A DNA stretch of 58,432 nucleotides, the filler included, from Platydemus manokwari (lineage: Eukaryota): NCBI GenBank assembly GCA_037951405.1. It is 5 parts of 5 records of this genome, joined end to end, with 100 filler letters (N's around TTAATTAATTAA, not from the genome) between each part and the next. Parts side by side here need not be neighbours in the genome. Positions count along the whole stretch, not along the records: positions 17,975 to 32,380 come from JBBMOY011465863.1; positions 32,481 to 43,866 come from JBBMOY010709984.1; 3 more parts are not named here. The stretch is one strand, 5' to 3'. Below the pieces are notes generated by a model that was not told where the DNA came from, ran no database searches, and saw only the letters and a list, made by a program, of their open reading frames with translations. Of this stretch, positions 27,311 through 40,415 are shown one piece after another (position 1 is the first letter of the stretch; each line of letters begins with the position of its first letter). A program made the position numbers and the translations under genes.

Positions 27311-30300
27311 CTATTTTTATCAGTTTTTACTTTTTATGATGTAAAATTAATTTTCAAAAAGATAATAATATGTTGGGGTTCGAAGACTGTTTAATCTAAA
27401 ACAAACCATTAAAGACAGCAACAAGTTGGATCATCAACAATTGTTCTGTATTGATATATAAAATTATCGAATGAATTAGTGTAAAAATTCGGGTACATTA
27501 TAATATAATATTTTATTACATCATAATATTTTATTTCTACATAATATTTATGAAATAGTTTTGCAAATTTCAGAAAGAAAACTCAATGGAAATATACTTT
27601 TTCATTAAAACAAATCCCAACATTAAAATTCCCTATAAAAACTTGCACATAAAAACAAACTCCAATAAAATGCAGGCTAATAAATCGCTACTTATCTATT
27701 ATCGCGTTCAATAAACAGCTTTATAATAAAATAATCACGTGAAATATATTCAGTCGTATAATAAAAATAAGCATGCATTTAAATGATATATTTTCGGTTG
27801 TGATACATGTTTATTTGATATCCCTAACAACTAAACAGTGTCAGCCCCATTATGTTTACATTTATTAAGATTAATTATCACAAAACTACAGCACACAGTA
27901 GATTTTATAATGTTTATTTATTGATAACAAATAGTTACACGCAGTTTAACTCGCAATAGAATTTTACATTAAACAAATTGGTGTAGTTATCTTGCTGTGA
28001 TCGCAAGAACTTGAATACAGATCCTTAACAATTATAAAGTTTATAATATGTGCAACCAAAAGATCTGATCATTTCGAGTGTTTTGTCGCGATTTCAAAAT
28101 TATAAAATTTACCAATTTATTAATGTTTTTGCCTTAATTATCTTCTTTACTCTTGTGATCTTTTTCTCTTTTCAAGGTTTTGTCTTGGTCAAAGGTTCAC
28201 ATATTTATCCGAGATTTACTTCACTCTAAGTTTTTTAACTTTCGAATTGCGATGAAAATGCATCTTCTAATTCAGTTGCTGAAGTTCGGTATTTTGTACC
28301 TACTATTTTTCCGGCACTATCATAAATTTTGCGGCATTTTTATTATTTTGGACCTTATTATTCATGGTTTTTAAAGTTCTCCAACCTTAAAATTCATAAA
28401 TTTTCAGTGAAATTATAAACTTTATGATATAATTTATTAACCTTTAAAAATAATGATTTAATTTTCTTTTATTCTTACTCATTTTATTTGATTAAATTGT
28501 CTAATTTCTTAAAAATATTATTTGGATTTAATTTATCTCATACTTTATATAAATAAATATATCTTTTGTGCAAAATTAAGGCAAAATGACAAATAAATAA
28601 TTGTTCAAAAAATAATTATAATAAAAAAGAGTCAAAAATGATTATCAAAAATGTTTAAAGAGTTGAAATCACAAGTCAAATATAAAAAAATATTTTGATG
28701 GTTAACGAATATTGAGATTTGCTTGTGATTGTTGACGAATAATGGGATTTGCAAATTTTAATCGAATGAATGAATGTTGATTTTTGTGACCAGTTTGATC
28801 GAAGAAGTGCCACTAATTTACCACTGACTCCTAAGCGTCTATATCCACGATCCATATGTCTGCATCTTCTTCCCCCATGTTTTCCATTGGCGGTTGGTTA
28901 TGTGGGTCACTATCGGCTTTTCGGATTCTTAAGTATTGCCTCTACTGTTTGAGAAGCATGTATTTTTGGGGTTTAACTGTTGGCTGCAGAAGTTTAACTT
29001 CGGCTACTTTATTCTTCCATGCCCCTTATGAACTAATGGTGATGAGAATCTATTCATCTTCGCTCCTCTCACTATCTGAGTAGAGCACTAGTTGGTCTAT
29101 GGTTTATCAATATATAGAACAAATTTAATTGTTGAGAATTTCTCTCTGCTATAGTAAATTTAATTGTAGATCATATTTCTCTCTATTTATAAATCGATAC
29201 CTACAAAACGCATATGTTAGACATTAAACAAATATCCGTTTTGGATCCATTTATACTGGATTCATGAGTCTAGCTTCCCGTTCTTTGGTACTTCATTTTA
29301 TTAATAAAAACGACATATACCGCATTTCCTAGCGGAGAAAGAAAAGCTTAAACAATCAAAATGATATTTGAAGTACTCAAATAAAAACATTTCTGTAAAA
29401 ATATAAGATGTATTATAAACAGTTTTAAAATAATCTTAAATCCGGAAACATAAATCAAATATATTAAATAATATCTTATTTGCAGCAATAACACGTAACA
29501 AATTTCGAAATTCCATTTACTTCTGATGATGCTTAAAATATGAATATCAGTTCAATGTTCATAAATGATAGTTCAGAATATTTTTGCATTCACGAAATTT
29601 AGTAATAAATAACAATAATATTAAACCAGATAACTATTCCATTATTGTATTAATTTGATCGATAATTACAATTGATATATCAGTCAATCATTTAATCTTG
29701 ATTATTCTGTGAAATTCTTTTAATTATTTCAGAGATAGTTCAAGTCAGCAGCATGAAACAATGGTTCACAATAAATGTCAATGGTATTTTAAAAACAAAT
29801 GATGACATTCTGTCAACACAATTATTAGTAATTCTGATTGTATTTTAAATTTCGCTGAAAAAAATTAATTTCCTTTCTGTTTAAAGATCTTAATAGCAAA
29901 TTACTTAATATTAAATTACCCATTTCGAATTCAATAAATGCAACATATTTGAATTTATAAATGATATACCACATAACACAGTTACATAAATGGATATTAT
30001 GTTACAAAAACATCCGCCAAAAATGCAGGATTTTAATTTTTATTAACGATCTTAATCTATATATGTTGAATGCTTCAGTTATTGTAAAATTCATAAAAAA
30101 TAGCACGATTTGTTATAACATAGACATATGAGTACTTTAAAACGTCGGTATTTTATTTAAAACATCTATACATTGATTTAATTCTACCACTACTCATGCA
30201 TCATATATTATGAATTGGAAAAAATATTAAACATAAAATACACACCGTGGCAAAGTTTTATCGAATAACTTCATTTAGATGATTTTTACAAGAAAATGAG

Positions 30301-30613
30301 CCATTTTAAAACAAAAAATTTTCTTCACTCCGAAGTCCATGAGAGTTTGAAAAAAATATTAATAGTAAAAATTGAAAAATCTAAACACAGTTATTATAAT
30401 AAAAGAGAATAAAACATAATTTATACACATCGACACGGTTTTCCAAACTGAGAATTGAATTTTATTAAATTATTATTATCGAAAAAATTGTATAGTTTGA
30501 TAGTGTGAAAGCCTTAAAAAATAAAACACAAGTAAAATTGAAATTAATACACAAAACAATTTTTCACTCTTCATTGATAAAAAAAATCATAAAATGAAGA
30601 TGATATCGACGTG

Positions 30614-30932
30614 TTATGAATATAATATTTCATCTCCTTTAGCACTGTTTTTATCAACAGGTGTGGTTGCAGTAACCGCTTCAGGAGTAATTTGGTCACA
30701 GGAAAATTCCTTCTCAAATTTAGGAAGATCAAATTCAAAGAACTGTTTGAGTCTGTCTGCATATTCCGTATACATTTCGATATCGTTATGACCGGCCCCA
30801 TCAATCCACGCTGGTTCTACTGGATAATTAAGCCGTTCGTGAAGTTGTCTACCGTGATTTATGTCTATAATTTCATCGTCTGTACCGTGTATGATTAAAG
30901 TGGGGCTTTTGATCCTAGCTACTTTGTCGATG
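30614..30932 (-). CDS. ABHD17: Last coding exon of an alpha/beta-hydrolase ABHD17 (protein depalmitoylase) gene
   Basis: After acceptor TTGCAG|C: [65 protein letters not shown]...EILYS*. Catalytic Asp (HGTDDE) and His (GAGHND) are intact. Not in the ORF track. Upstream exons were not found before the scaffold end. Confidence 0.92.
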
Positions 30933-32380
30933 CTGCAATATGATTTATATCAATTTTGTGTTACAAAAATCATTTGTGTTTTATTAAGTCAAATGATTAA
31001 CATTTGTTACCAATAAATCGTTATCAGGTGAAAGAAGAAAACCAAATACACATCCACGCATATAATCAAGCACTACATTTTATTACAAATACTAGTTTAT
31101 CAATGTTTCACAAAAATAACTTCAATCAATATAAATTTGGTATCGTTTTAGAAATTAGATTAAATCAGTTTAAATTCGCTGTACAACTGACTCCCTATAA
31201 ATTTCCTTATGGTGCCGTAAATGTCACAAAATCTACTTATTATCATTATATAGTTCACAAATTGATGGTCACCCAGAGAGAATAAACAACTTATCTAAAT
31301 GATGTAAATCAATAAAAGACAAAAATTATTGTATTGAATTGATGGAAAATGAAATACTGTAAATTAATTTACAAAATCGAATGTGATGTCAACAACTTAG
31401 AGATTAAATTCGTTGATGTTTATTATAATCAATTATTGGAATTGACTTCGTATTTCACCATCGTCTTTTTAGCATTAGCTCATTTTCAAAAACGTTATTT
31501 TAGTCAAAAATATTACGACCTAGCTTTTTCAGAAGACTATCTAAATTGATTTGAAATCATTCATTAGATTTCATTAGTTTCGTTAGTTTCAATTAATTAG
31601 GTAGTTATAATCTCATAAAGTTTGTATTTTATACCTGATGCAAAATAATATAAACATAACGAATTGATGAAAATTAGACTTTGAGTTTATGATTAAGGAA
31701 TTGAAATTCGTTGCACATAGTTCATACAAAGTCTGTAAAAGAAACACAAATTAGTGTCATGAAATCCGAACACACTAATTCAAAAAAATGCAAAATAAAT
31801 CGCATTAATGGAGTTGTTAAAGTCAATATTGTATTTCGTTAAATAACAATACCGTATTTTCAAAATAAACGAATATTGTTTAAATATGATTTCATGATGT
31901 ATGTTCGATTATTGATATCGTTAGAAATCTAAACTGAGATATTTATAGTCCAATTAAGAGTACAGACGTCCTTAATTTGGATATTTTGCCTTTACTATGC
32001 AATTGAAATTGTAAATAATAGATTGATTTCATGCTAGTAACAAATAAAAACTTTAATGAACATTCTTCATAAACGGATTCCAGTTTTTGATTTATTTATG
32101 CGTTATACATAAGCTTTTGGATAAAATGCTGTCTTATAAAGCAAAGTAAATAAAAATGGCTTATCTAAAACAAAAACATTTTTTCAATATTATAAAGCTT
32201 TTAAACAGCCATTAATTGATACACTACAAGTTATTTCGTAAATTATCGAAAGCTATGGTTCATCTATTTTACAGGTCTTTTTCACACATATCTATTTCTA
32301 TTTTCGTTAAATAAATTGGTTTAGATTTCGCATCTCAAGTAATACAATAAAGTTTCCTGGATAATCAAATATATATAGTA

Positions 32381-32480
32381 NNNNNNNNNNNNNNNNNNNN
32401 NNNNNNNNNNNNNNNNNNNNNNNNTTAATTAATTAANNNNNNNNNNNNNNNNNNNNNNNNNNNNNNNNNNNNNNNNNNNN
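32381..32480. other. Artificial scaffold-joining spacer
   Basis: 44 N + TTAATTAATTAA + 44 N. Confidence 0.97.
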
Positions 32481-35122
32481 GATGGTTTTGATTTTGATTA
32501 GTTATTTATTTTAAGCTATGTAATTTGTTGATTCTGTGATTTTAATGGTTTGATGGAATTTAGTGGTGATGATTTGAACTTCATAATTTCGAATAGTTAG
32601 GATCTGATAATTAACATTAAAAAGTTGCATGTAAATATTCGAGCAAATATGAACAATAACAATCAAACGAAATAATTGTAATCAATAATACAGATTATTG
32701 AATGTGTTAAGCGATAGTTTAAAAGTAAGGAAGTGTAGTAACCTGAAAATGCTAACAATCGATGGATAGAACTTGATGGCTTTCAACTTTGATATGAAAA
32801 TAAGTAAATAATTTTAGAGTTCGTGGAAGCTTAATTTAATGCATTATAACGAATCTCTTCGGATATTGATACAATTTGAATAACAAAAATAATTTGCCAT
32901 GTTGCAAATTGAATCGTTTGGAAAAAATAAATTGAATTGAAAATATAATTCGATGCGTAATGATTGAAGTCCACGTTTAATAGTTATGAGACAATTAAGT
33001 ATGAAATTTTCTGTGAAAATTTATGAATTTTACACCGTTTTATAGTTTCGGATTTGTGGATTTTGTTAGTCATTTTCAATAAAATTGCAAGTTGTTATGG
33101 TTATTTACTACGATGTCATGGTGATGTGTATTTGAATTTAAAAATCTATGGTTTCCTATTAAGTTGTCTGGCAACGGAATGAGTAATAATAAATTTTTGA
33201 AAAATCGGAATTTTATGTTTTAATTATTAACGACCACAGTCAAATCGCAATCAATTGTGTTTCATATACAACAGTATGCATCATTTGGATTTTATAAATA
33301 TTTGAAATAGATCTTTTAAATTCTTTTAGATGAAAGAACCATTTAAAATTATTATTATTTAAATGAAAAAAATTGCAATTTACGCACATAAGCTAAAAAT
33401 ATTTTTATAATTCAGTTAAACACTAATAAATATATTTAACACACTTTAGCATGATTAATCGTTCTGTTTCAATAAATACGTGTTCAATTTAAATATCGCA
33501 GATGATAATGTTATCCATTTATTTCTGAGAGTTATTCATGATCGATAATTAGATTTTGTTAAAATTATCACGGACATCGCGAATTGTGATCATATTTTCA
33601 ATGATTTTCAACGTATTACTACATTTTTCGTTAAGATGTATGTTTTTTCGATTATCTATCATAATTTACTTTTAAAGTCAGTATCAAATAGAATTTTTGT
33701 TTTACTATCAAGTAAGCAACACATTATTCATATCATTGGTATCCCATATTTTGTTATACCAGATTGTCAAAATAGTATAAACGGTAAAATATTGTTATAA
33801 AAATTTGTATGTACTTAGTTTATTTTGAGTACATATTTTATTTTTTGCATGATTTCTAATTTTTTCTATTTACATTTAAAGATGATGATATTAATATAAT
33901 TTTAGTTTCCAACATGGACTGGGTCATTGTAAAGGTTTAGATATCATACAATAATATAAAGTGCTGAACTTAATATTTCATCGATGGTCTTGTAAAGTTA
34001 CTTTTTCAAATCTTCAATGAAATCTACTTATCATTTATCTTATGATAAAAATCCATAATTCTTTTCAAACTTGAAGCAGCGGATGTTTAAAAATTTAATT
34101 TGATTCTATAAATGGTTCTATGAAATCAAGTTATGGACTTAAGTATTTTAAAATACTTCAAAGATTATTTAATATAAAATTACCTTATTGTTTGGAATTC
34201 CACCCATACATTTTGTAATGTATTCATTAATACTTTCTTGAAATGATATGAGCTTCATAGTGCTTTGTAATTGCAGTTGATTATTAACGCTTTCAAATAA
34301 AATCTACTGTATCATAATTGCAGTGGACATAACAGGTGTTTCCTTGCCTTTTCAATATGTATGGAGAATATGATCAATTTTTTCATGGCATTTATTACTT
34401 GAAACTATTCTGTTAAGTCTTTGTCAATTCTTGTTTTTTGAGTTGCAGTTGTTCTCCAATTTGAACATCGGCTTGAAAAAGTTTCAATTTCCTTTGTATG
34501 TTTAGAAGTCAAACGTTATCAGTTCACATGTTATTTTCATGTTTGACTCTCTCAGTCCAAATATGTGAATAGAAATATTTATGTTGAGATGATTGGGTTT
34601 TATTGATGTTATGGTCCAACTGTTAAGGAATATTTCTTATTGTGATGATAAAAATAAATAAATAAAATAGAAATTAAGTATTTATCACTGTTGCATGATG
34701 CAGATCGATAGAAAGAAGACTGATAATTAGGGTTAGATTTGATTGAAAACTGAAATAGGTTTACAGAATGCAGGACCTACACAAGTGGAAAAGAACAATG
34801 CGATGTGAATATTTATCAAATAAAATATTTTTTGACTTACTTGAGAAAATCGATAATTTTACCAATTAGGGATTTCTCTAATTCTTCATTAATTTCTAAT
34901 AACTAAGTTAATTATTAATATAATTAATTGCCCAAAAAATTTAGTGTTATTGGGATTTTAGTAAAATGTAATCGATTAATTTTTTTTTAATTGCCATCGC
35001 TTATCGACCTTTATAGTAGTTAAAAATACAAGTTTTCGAATCAGTGGCTTTTTGAGTCACTTTGAATTTTAAATTATTTGTTTTAAGATTTGTGATTTTC
35101 ATTGTTTGTCTTATCATTATGA

Positions 35123-35711
35123 TTAACTACTGACGTTTAATTTTTTCGCAAGCACACAACATTCGAGAATAGCACCCTTGCATTGAGAAGTATACATCCA
35201 AGGATAATAATTAGAAGCAATCAACACAGGCATACGATGAAATTTGACTTTGGGTTGGTTTTTAATGGAAATTTTAAGATTTTGAGATCCTTCCATGAGC
35301 AGGTTAAAGTAATTGGCCATGGTATTGTTCTCAAATATTATTTCATCTCCAATAGCGAGGTCTGCATTTTCCAGATCATCTAAAGCAAATTCGGATTTGA
35401 AATTTAAAATATTAAAATTTCCTATTTTAGAGTATGTTGAGGCGAGAATTTGCACGAATAAAGATTTCCCTGAGCTAGGGGGTCCGACGAATATAATTCC
35501 GTTGGTTTTTCCCGACTGCATACTGAGTACCAAACCCATCGAAATAATTTTTTTTATCGAAATCAGTGAATATATGATTGTCCTCCATATAATGTTTCTC
35601 GATATAAATATTAATTGAGTCAGTAATATTAGAATTATAGATGAAATTAGCGTTATTAACAAATTCATAGCTAAATCTCGTAATTTCATTACTGACTTCA
35701 GCAGTGTTCAT
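35123..35711 (-). pseudogene. Stand-alone superfamily-3 helicase, papillomavirus E1 / parvovirus NS1-like (frameshifted)
   Basis: Walker A GPPSSGKS, FALDDL, Walker B AIGDE, B' LMEG...ISIKNQ, motif C PVLIASN. The likely N-terminus MNTAEVSN...DFDKKNYF (from 35711) is in another frame, implying a frameshift near 35540. Confidence 0.85.
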
Positions 35712-35845
35712 TTACTTTGAATCTTACATTGTTTATGATATTAAAACAAATTTTACACAGAATAAAATATATTTTTTTAAACTAAAACATCAATAACCAT
35801 GGTAACATCGATAACAAGTTATAACATTTAATATTCAATTAACAT

Positions 35846-36010
35846 TCAATAACTATACATTTTTTTACGAGTTTTATCAGCAGCTTTAATTTCATACTCG
35901 CAATTGACACAATAAGAATAATAAAATGCATAACAAGTTTGTTTATGTAGCACACTAGGATCAGGACGACCACAATAACATTTACCCAAGTCACCAACAA
36001 TACTATTCAT
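35846..36010 (-). CDS. 54-aa Cys/His-rich ORF (possible zinc-binding protein)
   Basis: MNSIVGDLGKCYCGRPDPSVLHKQTCYAFYYSYCVNCEYEIKAADKTRKKMYSY*. Its ATG (36010-36008) overlaps the Rep stop TGA (36009-36007) as ATGA. Confidence 0.45.
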   Translation of the reverse strand: MNSIVGDLGKCYCGRPDPSVLHKQTCYAFYYSYCVNCEYEIKAADKTRKKMYSY

Positions 36011-37114
36011 TCCTTCGTAGAATCCCCTTTCTTCTGCGGAACATCCATTTGGGCAAGGCGGTAATTCAATGCTAGCTTTGCATAAACACTTAAGGTCGGG
36101 GTGCGGTTCGGCTGAATATCAAGATCAACATCTTCATCATATAATTTTTTATTAAATTTATGAATTTTAATCCGTCTACTAATGGCATCTAATACTTCTA
36201 CACTGCATTTTAGGATAAAAATATCCCAAATCATTTAAGCATATAATTCTAGGCATTTGCGCAGGTATATAACCAGTAAAATATTTAATATTAATATTAT
36301 GCTCAAAAGCACAATCTACCATATTCAAAACATCATGACACGGTAATTTAGATATATTAATATCATCAATTACGATGCCATCAATAATATTCGGATTATC
36401 ACTAATTCTGCCAAAATTTTGAATACTAGTTATATGAACCGGACTGCGAAAATGTGCTAGTGCAAAGTTGGTTTCACCAATATTCGTAGGCCCAATAAAT
36501 ATATGAGTTAAATTGTCATAAACATCAATAAATTTGATATTAAATTTCGTATGATGAGCTTAGGTAACACATCCAAATTCAGCATCAAAAGTTTCAGATA
36601 TAACTCTTCTTTTACAACAATAAGTCTCAGGACGTAAACGTTTTATTACAGACATAGCTTGATGCCAAACATTGATAGGCGGACCAGATAATATAGTATT
36701 AACATCTTTACTTGCTTCGCCATAAGTAACAACTTCTGTGCCAGGTATACGAGTTTCAAGTTTGCAACTATATAATATTGCTTTTCTTTTGTTTTGTGGA
36801 CTAACTGGTGTAACGAATTTTACACCTTATAATTCGCAAGCTTTCCTGAAATTTACAGCATGTTTAAATTCGACATTAGCTTGAACATGACGATAACCAT
36901 TATCAGAAACTAATAATTATTATTAAATAAATTTAAATAATAAATAAAGTAAACCTTCTTTTTGAAATATCATATATTTTGTATTAGTTTTCCATAAATG
37001 TTCATAATGATTTTGATTACATTCATAATTACTCAAGGGGAAATTAAAGGAGTAGTTTCGGTGTCTTGATCCTGTTCCGTTATCGATGGCATTATGGTGA
37101 CTTAGTAATTCCAT
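36007..37114 (-). pseudogene. rep: CRESS-DNA-virus type rolling-circle Rep (HUH endonuclease + SF3 helicase), intron-containing and disabled
   Basis: Motif I RNYSFNF; KYMIFQKE|V across intron 36954-36910; motif II GYRHVQANVEF; motif III YSCKLETRIPGTEVVTYG; Walker A GPTNIGET; Walker B GIVIDD; INIKY...IPAQMPRIICLN (motif C); Arg finger DAISRR. In-frame stops at 36827-36829 and 36560-36562, and a frameshift near 36210. Confidence 0.88.
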
Positions 37115-40100
37115 GTTTAGATCTCAACTAATATTTTGTACATTTTTTATAAGAATATTTTATCTTAATATTCTCTAATATTAATCTAATTTAATTTATC
37201 ATAACTTTTTATGGGTGTATTTTGATCATATTTGTATGAAAACAATTATAAATATCAAGAAAACTATCTTACTATGACACAACCAGGGCAAAATACGTCT
37301 AGCTTATCTATTTTCATGCATTTATTCAAATAATATGATTGTTGATCGTTCCGGTGGGAAGACTTTCCAGTGCTGGAATTGTTCATTATCCGAATTTTTA
37401 TGCTAAGATAAAATAATTATTCAAAACAAAATTTAATATTAAAACTGGAACAAGCGATGACTTGGAATGTTTTATACAACGAAAGACACGGAACACTCAA
37501 CGAGATGTTGAGAAGCCAGTTGGAAATACGAACATGTCAGTCATAAAATTCTGAAATACAATTCATAACAACTTCGATGCTCATATAAGAGCATATGAGG
37601 AAGAAATGATGGTCAGTGAAACAATCGTAAAGATGCAGCTAAAAAAGTATAAAAATAATGTGGAAGTAATATACAAGTTATGGTACAGTGAGAGGAGAAT
37701 AAAGAAATGATTTAAATTAATTGGCATTTTGATAATTATTTAATAATTCGTCAATGGCATTAGAATGTTTATTTGAAATTATTTAGATTTATTGGCAAAG
37801 ATCAAAATTTTTGTAATTAATCAAAAGCTATAAATAATTAACATAATAGCCATTTCAAATTGTTACCAAAGGAGGCATAAAATATCACGAAATGTATGCA
37901 TATAGTCTGGAGAGTAGATAAATTTTAAATAATACATGGTCATAATTAAATCAAATAATATAATCTAAATGGATAATATATAAAAGACTGATTTAAAAGC
38001 CAAATAAATAGAACGGGTAATTTAATCAATAAAATAAATTTTATTCTATTAATAATAAATGAAAATAATTATTTAAAATTACAATTTCACAGGATAATGT
38101 CTCGTTATACATAATAAAGACATTTGTTTAATAAAGACGATTATATACTTTCCATTTATTTACAACAATTAAACCTTACCGGGAATAAAGATGTTTAAGC
38201 TTACCAAAAATAAATTTTTTTTACTCATTCACAATTCATAAAATTATTTCAAAAAATCGGACATCCTTATCCGTACTATTATTACTATTCTTATTATTGT
38301 TAGATGTCAATATTTTCAATGATTTTAACCCATTAATAAGAATATTTTTTCATAATTGTATAAAATTAGGTCATTAGAATCTTATACCTAATTCTCATCT
38401 CTTGAATTTACGATCAAACTAATGACCGCAAATTACCTTACAATTTTCTGTTTAAATAAATTTAAATTAACATCTTTTGTAATTCACAAATTATTATGAA
38501 AGTTAATTTCATAAAACACATTACCCAAGATACCAGCTCACATATCATTTATTGATCCAAGCTCGGAATTATAGGCCATTTCTGGAATCTCAGAGTTCGA
38601 TTTGAAGGTGGGATCCTATTAAATTTTTGCTACACTGAATCAAAATTCCACAAATTAAATTTTTAGCTTTCAATAGAGCATGAGAAATATTCTTCAGAAG
38701 AATCAAGTGATAAAAACTTGGAATAACTTTTTAAGTTAACCAAATAGCTGACAATCAAATATTTTTCTCGTGTTAATTTTCATATAAAAAATAATTGAAT
38801 TACTGATGAAGAATTAGTTTTTAAATGAAACCAAAAGGATACTAAAACTTTAAAATGCTATATAATATTATTACCGATGATTAAATCAATAAATCATATA
38901 CTTAGTAAATCATATACTTCCCGATGTGTAAGATTCGGGATGATTATTAAGAATGAAATGTTAAGAGAAAGAAAACGAATCACGTTTAAACGGATTATTA
39001 ACACCAACAATATTTAAATTACCATTATTATGTTACCCTTTTAGTGACTTAAAAGAAATGAAACCTATTTTAAAGGAAAAGCCAGAAGCTATAATTGGGT
39101 TTGAAAGATTTGTTTGAAAGAACTTATTGCATTACTAAAATCAGCTAAAATATATTACTAATTATTTTGTAATTATAATTACTAATATTTAGAGTTCATT
39201 CATGAATTATTTTTCACTCAAATTTACATCAGATCACATCGATCTTGTTCATTACACAAATAATTGATCATAAAGTCAGGTTTTGATTCGTTAATTTTTC
39301 ACATAACAATAATAAATATTATTCCTTATTATTATTATTCATTATTAAAATTTCTTGGAGTAACAGCTTTTCCAAACATTACTAATTGAAATTTTTTTTT
39401 CTACATTACAAATTTTAAAGTCATGACATTTAATAAGGCATAATAAACCAAAAGTTCAATAAAGTAAATGTTGAGGATTTTTGGATAAATTTCAAGAGAC
39501 GGGAGATATATAAAATAAAGACAAATATAAAAAATACGATTTTTGCACTCTAAAACCCTTTTTTTTTACATTTTACAAATATGCATGATTACACAACAGC
39601 CAAAGTATGGTATCCAGGTAATCAAATATTTAAATTGAAGATTCCAATTTGGTTAAAGAACATGATTACATAACATCAGAAAAGGATTGACTAATCCCGA
39701 TCATAGAAAACCAATGGACATAATTGGGATTGTGGAAATAACATATCAAAATAAAAGGTAACACAAAAATACACGAAGTTTCAAGTATAAATAACGATGC
39801 AAAGATGGCTTATTGCCACTTGAAAGACGCTATTCGAGTCTATTGTTGTAGAATGTAGTTGAATTTGTTTATGATTATTTTATGTGAACTTAAGTAGCAC
39901 GGTTTTCTTGTGAAAATAATTTGCAACTTTTATTTCATTTTAATAAATCCAACAGGTACATGTTGCAGGTCTGCATTGGAAATTAGTAAAATTGTCCTAG
40001 CAAAGCAGGAATCATTGTCATAATCGAAGGTATATTTAAAGTAACTATTTTGTTTTACTAACTTAGCAGTTCGTCAGTATTATCTATGATATAGTAAAAG

Positions 40101-40415
40101 TATAATTTATGCAGTTATTTATAAAGGTGCTTCAGTCTATCAATGGGATTGTGTCAAAGGGATACTATGTCATGTAGAATCTAGTAGGTAGAATCAAATT
40201 TGTACAAGGATCTTATAATCATTTTGACTTACTGATATTTGTGGTTTGTTATAAAATTATAAATTTTAAACAAAGAACCAAATTATCAGTGTTATAGTAA
40301 ATAAACGGAGTTAGTTTTAAATGATTAGTTGAGTTCGCTGTAGTACCAGACTTAACAACATTAGTAATTATATTATTAAATAAAATTTATGTTTGAAGGT
40401 TAAGGTTAAATGTTT

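Larger units (their letters stand above)
35123..37200 (-). mobile_element. Endogenous virus-like element (PEVE-like): CRESS Rep + Cys-rich ORF + second SF3 helicase
   Basis: Three co-oriented, tightly packed virus-type ORFs (see separate entries). Boundaries are approximate. Confidence 0.8.

Noticed and set aside
30571-30898. Three overlapping ORF-track ORFs
   Set aside because: They are alternative or antisense frames of the ABHD17 exon.
33900-34650. Possible tyrosine-recombinase (DIRS/Crypton) remnant on the minus strand
   Set aside because: Only an LCP-like fragment; catalytic R/HxxR/Y residues could not be located.
35183-35618. Plus-strand ORFs of 66 and 101 aa
   Set aside because: Antisense shadows of the SF3 helicase.
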